Source: the human T2T-CHM13v2.0 reference genome, Homo sapiens
Assembly (NCBI RefSeq): GCF_009914755.1
Contig: NC_060936.1
Length of the DNA stretch: 64,000 nucleotides
Strand: one strand, 5' to 3'
Position 1 is the stretch's first letter. Each line of letters begins with the position of its first letter. Both the position numbers and the translations under genes were made by a program. The notes below the pieces were generated by a model. The model saw nothing but the letters and a program-made list of their open reading frames with translations. It searched no databases and had not been told where the DNA came from. Shown here piece after piece: positions 56,894 to 64,000 of the stretch.

Positions 56894-59087
56894 CTATCTT
56901 TTTACTTAAAATATGTCTACAAATTTTGTTTCCAGTTTGTCTCTTTTTTGTAACACGAAAATTTGTTGATTTTGTTATTGCTTTATCTGGACTGGCTTAC
57001 AAACTCTAGCTTTGATTTGTAGCCATTAGTCCTTAGCAATTAATTAGTTATATCATTAATTTCATATAATCATTGATGTATTTGAGATTAAACCATCTTA
57101 CTATTTTTTATTCTGTTCATTCTGCCTGCTTTTTTCTTTTTGCCCTTATTTGGTTTGACTGAGGTTTTAAATTATTTCATTTTTTCCTCTTATATTTACC
57201 AGCTACATATTATTTTTCTATTCTTTTAGGTTACTATAGAAAAGATGACTATACCAATGGTAGTATTATTATGTAATAATATAGTATAAACTTTCCATTG
57301 CTCTTTATTTTGTCTTTCATCTACAATGTTCCTTCTGCCCAAAGAATATCTATTAGTATTTCCTTTATTGTAGGTCTGCTGGTGATGAATTCTTCAGATA
57401 TTATATGCTTAAGTATGTTTTTAATACACACGCGCACACACGTACCCACAAATACATATACGTACGTGTGTGTGTCTATTTGAGGTATAGACTTACCATT
57501 TGTATTGCAATTTTTGCATTGTAAATATATTTTATTGTATTCTAGCTTTCCTGGCTTAAGTTGATCCTTGAAATATAATTTTCTTTTTCCATTTTTGAGA
57601 TTTTTTTCTTTGTCCATTTTGGTTACCTTAATATTCACTCTGTCTGAATTCATTGTGCCTCCTAAATCTGTGGCTCAGTGTCTGTATTCAATGTTGAAAA
57701 ATTCCAAATACACATGTTTTTATGATTTAATATATGTTAACAGATATAATTATTATATGTAACAATATATATTTAATGTAATATAGAGGGCATAATATAT
57801 TTAATGTCTTTTATATGAGATGTATGTCCTATACTTTTCTTATATATGTATATTTTTTATAATTATACTCAAAATTATTGTATATTTCATTTGTCTCCAT
57901 GTATTTCTCTGGATATTTTCTTTTAACTCAATTTACAGTTTCCTAGTCCTTCAAGCACATCTAATATAATGTTCAATCTATCCATGAAAGTGTTGTTTGC
58001 AGTTGTTGTAGTTTTTGGTTTTAGAATTTTTACTTGTTTTTTTTTTTACTTGACATTCAATTTGCATTTTTATAGTATCTAGTATTCAGGTATTTAATTT
58101 TAACTTTTATTTAACGTGTTCAGCAAAGTTTTTTTATATTCTGTGTCTGGTAACTTCATTATCTGGATTTCCAGTGGGTAGTTTCTATTACTTGTTGTTT
58201 TTCTTTATTTTTGGTCACTTAGTGTTATTTTCTTGCTTATTTTTTATTATTTGGCAGACAGAGAATACTATGAAAAAATAAAATTGTGGAACCAATTAGA
58301 GGCTAGTATATTATTATTTTCCTCTAGAGGTCCTTAGTTTTTACTTAGGGCAATCTCTGTGTAGTTGAATCTATACATTGGTATTGAGATTATTTGAAGT
58401 TTAGCTTCAGGCCCTCAGAACCCTTTCTGTATTTGAATGATTCTTACTCTTAAGGGATAGTGCATGCTGATCCCAACCAAAAGTAAGGTAGGGGTTTCTT
58501 AGGTCTACTCTGATGAAGAGGGCCCTAGAAGCCAAATTGTGACCTCCTAGGTTTGTAAGCTTTCTTTCTGAGGATTACTAGATATCCTGAAAGATGTGAT
58601 CTTCTCACTTTTGAATCTTAACCGTATGATTCGGTAGTACCATTTTAATCCTTTAATGTCTTGAGCAGATATGTTTATATAATTTTCAGTTTTTCTACTT
58701 CTCAACAGATGAACTGTCCTTCATTACCTAGTCCATTATTACTATAATCAGAAAGCTTGTGCAACATATTCTATTTCTCCTTCCTCTCCTCTGTTGTCTT
58801 CTTTTGGATTGGCTTTTTTTTTGTCATTTCTTGTTTTATTCATGAATTCCTTTAGTAGCTATATACTTTATTAATTTAATGGTTACTGCAGAAATTAAAA
58901 GTACACACTTAATTTATCTCAAATTAATATCTTTACCTCCTGTTTCCTGACTTAAAGGTGTGTGTGTTGCAGGATTTTAAATGTATTTTTATTTAACTCC
59001 GCAAGGAAAACATAATGATTATTTTTATAAAGTTTAATTATATTTGCTGACATTTGTCATTTTTATGCCCTTTATTTCTTCTTCTTC

Positions 59088-59386
59088 TTTTTTTTTTTTT
59101 TTTTTTTGAGACAGTCTCACTCTGTTGCCTTGGCTGGAGTGCAGTGGTGGGGTCTCAGCTCATTGCAACCTGTGCCTCCCAGTTTCAGGCTATTGTGCCT
59201 CAGCCTCCTGAGTAGCTAGGACTATAGGTGTACACCACCAAGCCTGGCTAATTTTTTTGTATTTTTAGTAGAGAAGGGGTTTCACCATGTTGGCCAGGCT
59301 GGTCTCAAACTCCTGACCTCAAGTCATCTGCTCGCCTCGGCGTCCCAAAGTGCTCAGATTACAGGCATGAGCCACTGTGCAGGGCC
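59088..59386 (-). mobile_element. AluS element
   Basis: Poly(T) plus antisense dimer. Confidence 0.94.
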
Positions 59387-60777
59387 TCTTCTTTTATTAA
59401 AACTTTGACTCACTTTTCTTCCTTTTGATGTAGATCCTTTACATTTTTCTCTAGTAAGAAAATTGGTAGGTGGGAAACTCTACTGGATTTTGTCTGTAAA
59501 TATCTTTCCTTAACACTTATTTAAATTATAATTTGTATTTTTCTAGGTCGAAGTTTATTTCAGTAATTTGAAGTATCAATCTATTATTATTATTGTTATT
59601 ATTATTAACTTTTACTTTCACCAATGCAGTTAAGAATGCTATCGGTTATTTTTGGACTTTTGAGGATATTTTCTGTCTTCTTCAAATATCTTTTCTTTGT
59701 CTTTGCGGTTATGCACCTTTACATTGATGTGTCTAGGCAGGGATTTGTTTTTGATTCATCCTGTCGGGGCTTATTGCAGTTCATGAATATGTGGATTGCT
59801 TTTTTATTGTATCTATTTGTCTGCCATTATTTCTTCAAATATTTTTTCCTTTTCATTTTGTTTTCTCCTTCTGAAACATTATGTATGTGTGATATATTTA
59901 TTTTTATATCCTTGACTCTAGGCTTCATGTTGCCTGTATTCTATATCTCTATCTCTCTTTGATGCCCATAGGTAATTTATATGTATACATCTATGTCCCA
60001 GTTGACAAACTTGAAATTGCTCTTAATCGAGCTCATTGAGTTTTAAAACTTCAGCTAATTCTAATTTCCATGTAGTTCTGTTTCTGTGTGTTTTATTATT
60101 TCTGCTAACTCTTATGATACCATATTGCATTGTGTATTTCATGCCTTTTATTGTTTGGGTTTGGTTTTCTTGTTTATTGTCATCTTTTTATTTGCCCTGG
60201 AACATAAGTTTGTGATTATTCTTAGATTTGGAATGAAAGTTTGGCCTCTAGAAATAATTTTTCAGGTGGCTGGGGACACAAACAATCTACAGTCATTTAT
60301 GGTACGTTTCTAGTGGCGGTTTTCTGATCACTATCTGAGCAAATCTGAGCTACAAACCTATGGGAGTGTCAGCTTGTGTTTATTATTTTTTAAATGAGAT
60401 TTTTATCCCACTCTACTGAATATTGAGATTCGGGATAAGAGATTTAACTTTCAGCAATGTATAGCTGATTGATGTTCCAGGTTTGTGTGGGATTGTAGGT
60501 TATACCTGTCCACCTTAGGTGCATTTTGAATTTTGTTTCCTTAAGTTCTGAGGCTGCAGAAATGGATTGTCATATTCATCAGTTTAACAAGTTTTCTCAC
60601 TTTAAAAAGTAGCTTTATTGTTTTGCTTATCTCTCTTTGCTTGCCATATTTATTTAGATTTTTGAATGAGAATTCATTACTTTCATAGCAGCTCTTTTGG
60701 AAATATTCTAAAAAAGATGACTTTTTAGTTATTTGCAGAGGTGAGGATGATCAGGCTATCTGAACAGAAATTTCTGA

Positions 60778-61101
<324 letters not shown>

Positions 61102-61820
61102 TAGTAATTTTTGTCTACATAATTAATACCTGCCTATTGTCTAAAAATTATACTGTAAAATGATAAAGCAGTAATCTATAATTGTGTCATCCAGATACAG
61201 CCAGTATGTATGAGCCTTCCAGATTGTTTTCTGTGCATTTGGAAAATCACTGCTGTAATTCTCTTAACAATAAATTGTATTTTTATATGTCAGTAATTAT
61301 TTTTCTACTTGTATTTATCATATAAGAGATACTTGAAAGCAGAGATTCTGTCTTGTATTATTTTCTGTCTCCCAGATGACATGACACAGTGCTGAAACTA
61401 GTAAAACCAGTCTCTTATGAGTTTTATATCAGAGTAAAGCTATTTTTGGAAAAATAGATTTTCATATTTGTAAAAATGTAGAGAATATAATTGGTTTATA
61501 TCTGCTTACATATAACATTCTATGCCTATTATTTCAAGAAATTAGAAACAAAAATCACATACAACTATTAAAATAAAATTGCAATAAAAATAGCAAACAC
61601 CTGAATAGAAATTCAATAATCTTTGAGTACCAACAAATGTAAACACTAAACAAAATGTGCTCATATATGAAGGAGACATAGCATATGAAAAAAGTTGATT
61701 AAAATAATAATTTTTTTGAAATGAACATTGTAATAATTCAGCCAATGATGCCTACTTTTTCTATATAAGTAAATGTAGTTAGGGTACAGTTTAATTAGAA
61801 AAAGTTCAAGTGGATAATTA

Positions 61821-62390
<570 letters not shown>

Positions 62391-62512
62391 TCAATTATGG
62401 TTGTAACATTTATTCTCAGACAATTTTCCTACAGATAATTTACTAAGATGAGACATAGTATTTGTTTTTTTGCGTGTTTCCCCCGCCCCCCAATTTATTT
62501 AGTTTCAGGGAT

Positions 62513-62825
62513 TGTATTAGTCTGTTTTCACAGTGTGATAAATACCCGAGACTGGGTAATTTATAAAGGGAAGAGGTTTAATTGATTCGCAGTTCCGCAC
62601 AGCTGGAACAGTTCTGCAACAGTTCTTCAGGAAACTTACAATCATGGTTAAAGTAAGCAAAGGAAGAACTTGCCAAATACTTACAAAACCACCAGATCTC
62701 ATGAAAACTCACTCACTATCACAAGAACAGCATAGGGGGATCTGCCACTTGGGTCTCTCCCTCAGCACTTGGGGATTACAATTCAAGATGAGATTTTGGT
62801 GGGGACAGAAAGCCTAACCATATCA
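62513..62825 (+). mobile_element. THE1/MST solo LTR inserted in an L1 3' end
   Basis: tgtattagtctgttttcaca...ctaaccatatca. Confidence 0.9.
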
Positions 62826-63597
62826 GGGGGAATATGTGCAGGTTTGTTACACGGGTAAATGGCATGTTGCTGAGGTTTGTTGTATGCATAATCCCTTTAC
62901 CCAGATAGTGAGCATAGTATCCAATAGGTACTTTTTCAACCACTCCCTGCTTCACTCTCTCCCCTCTGGTAGTTTCTACTATTTATTGTTCCCATCTTTA
63001 TGTCCATACATACCCAATGCTTAGCTCCCACTTATAGTTGAGAAGATGTAGTATTTGGTTTTCTGTTTCTTTGTTAATTTGCTTAGGATAATGGTCATCA
63101 GCTGCATCCATATTACTGCAGAGGACATGGTTTCATTCTTCTTTATGGCTGTGTAGTATTCCATGGTGTGTATGTACTACATTTTCTTTATCCAGTTCCC
63201 TGTTTCTAGTCATCTAGGTTGATTCCATGTCTTTGCTGTTGTGAGTAATGCTACAATGAACATACAAGTGCAGATATCTTTTTGGTGGAATGATTTACTT
63301 TCCTTTAACTATATATTTAGTAATGGTATTGTTGGGTCAAATGGTAGTTCTAATTTCTTTGAGAATTCTCTAAACTGTTTGAACAGTCACTGAACTAATT
63401 CACGTTTTCACCAATGGTGTATAAATGTTCCCTTTTCTCTGCAACCTCTCCAACATCTGTTATTTTTTGACTTTCTTACTAATGGCCATTCTGACTAGTG
63501 TGAGATGGTATATCATTGTGATTTTAACTTACAATTCTCTAATGATAAGTGACGCAGAGCATTTTTTTCACATATTTGTTGACTGCATGTATGTCTT
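62826..63597 (-). mobile_element. Older L1 (L1PB-like) 3' fragment
   Basis: atgtgcaggtttgttac...tggccattctgactagtgtgagatggtat. Confidence 0.9.
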
Positions 63598-63972
63598 TGA
63601 TATAGCTTAGATATTTGTTCCTACCCAAATCTCATATTAAATTGTAATCCTCAGTGCTGGAGGTGGGGCCTGATGGGAGGTGTTGTGTCATGGGGGAGGC
63701 TCCCTCATGGCATGGTGTTGTCTTCTGGATACTGAGTTGTCGTGAGGTCTGGTGGTTTAAAAGTGTGTAGCACCTCACCCCCACTCTTGTCACTTGCTCC
63801 TGCTTTTGCCATGTGACATGCCTGCTCCCCTTTTGCCTTCTGCCATGATTGTAAACTTCCTGAGGCCTTGCTAGGAGCCAAGCAGATGTCAGCACTATGC
63901 TTCCTGTAAAGCCTGGAGAATATGAAACAATTAAATATCTTTTCTTTATAAATTACCCAGTCTTAGGTATTT
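63598..63972 (-). mobile_element. MSTA/B LTR; followed by the tail end of an antisense Alu at the window edge
   Basis: tgatatagcttag...aaatctcat...ttataaattacccagtcttaggtatttcttt, then T-rich tail and gagatg. Confidence 0.88.
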
Positions 63973-64000
63973 CTTTTCTTTTCTTTTTTCTGGAGAGATG

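Overview
Primate (most likely human) genomic DNA, AT-rich and dense in repeats, containing a head-to-head gene pair. TSPAN19 lies on the minus strand: non-coding exon 1 near 13.6 kb and four coding exons running down to 714, with the gene continuing off the left edge. LRRIQ1 lies on the plus strand: non-coding exon 1 near 13.75 kb and ten coding exons from 15567 to 50465, including a 1638-nt E/K-rich exon with an IQ motif and the first LRR exons; the gene continues off the right edge. The exon chains were rebuilt by hand from GT-AG sites with consistent phase. Gene names come from my recognition of the proteins, not from a database search. The first exons are about 150 bp apart or less and share a compact promoter with a near-perfect RFX X-box next to an inverted CCAAT box. 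The rest is mostly Alu, L1, L2, MIR, MaLR/ERV LTR and DNA-transposon remnants, many nested. I found no new multi-gene system. The most unusual signals are: mirror-image spliced uORFs overlapping the start codons of both genes; a frame-preserving 192-nt non-LRR exon that interrupts the LRR array and abuts an old L1; two independent 5'-inverted L1 insertions that break at nearly the same L1 position; candidate short isoforms from intronic polyadenylation; and several templated or tandem micro-duplications.
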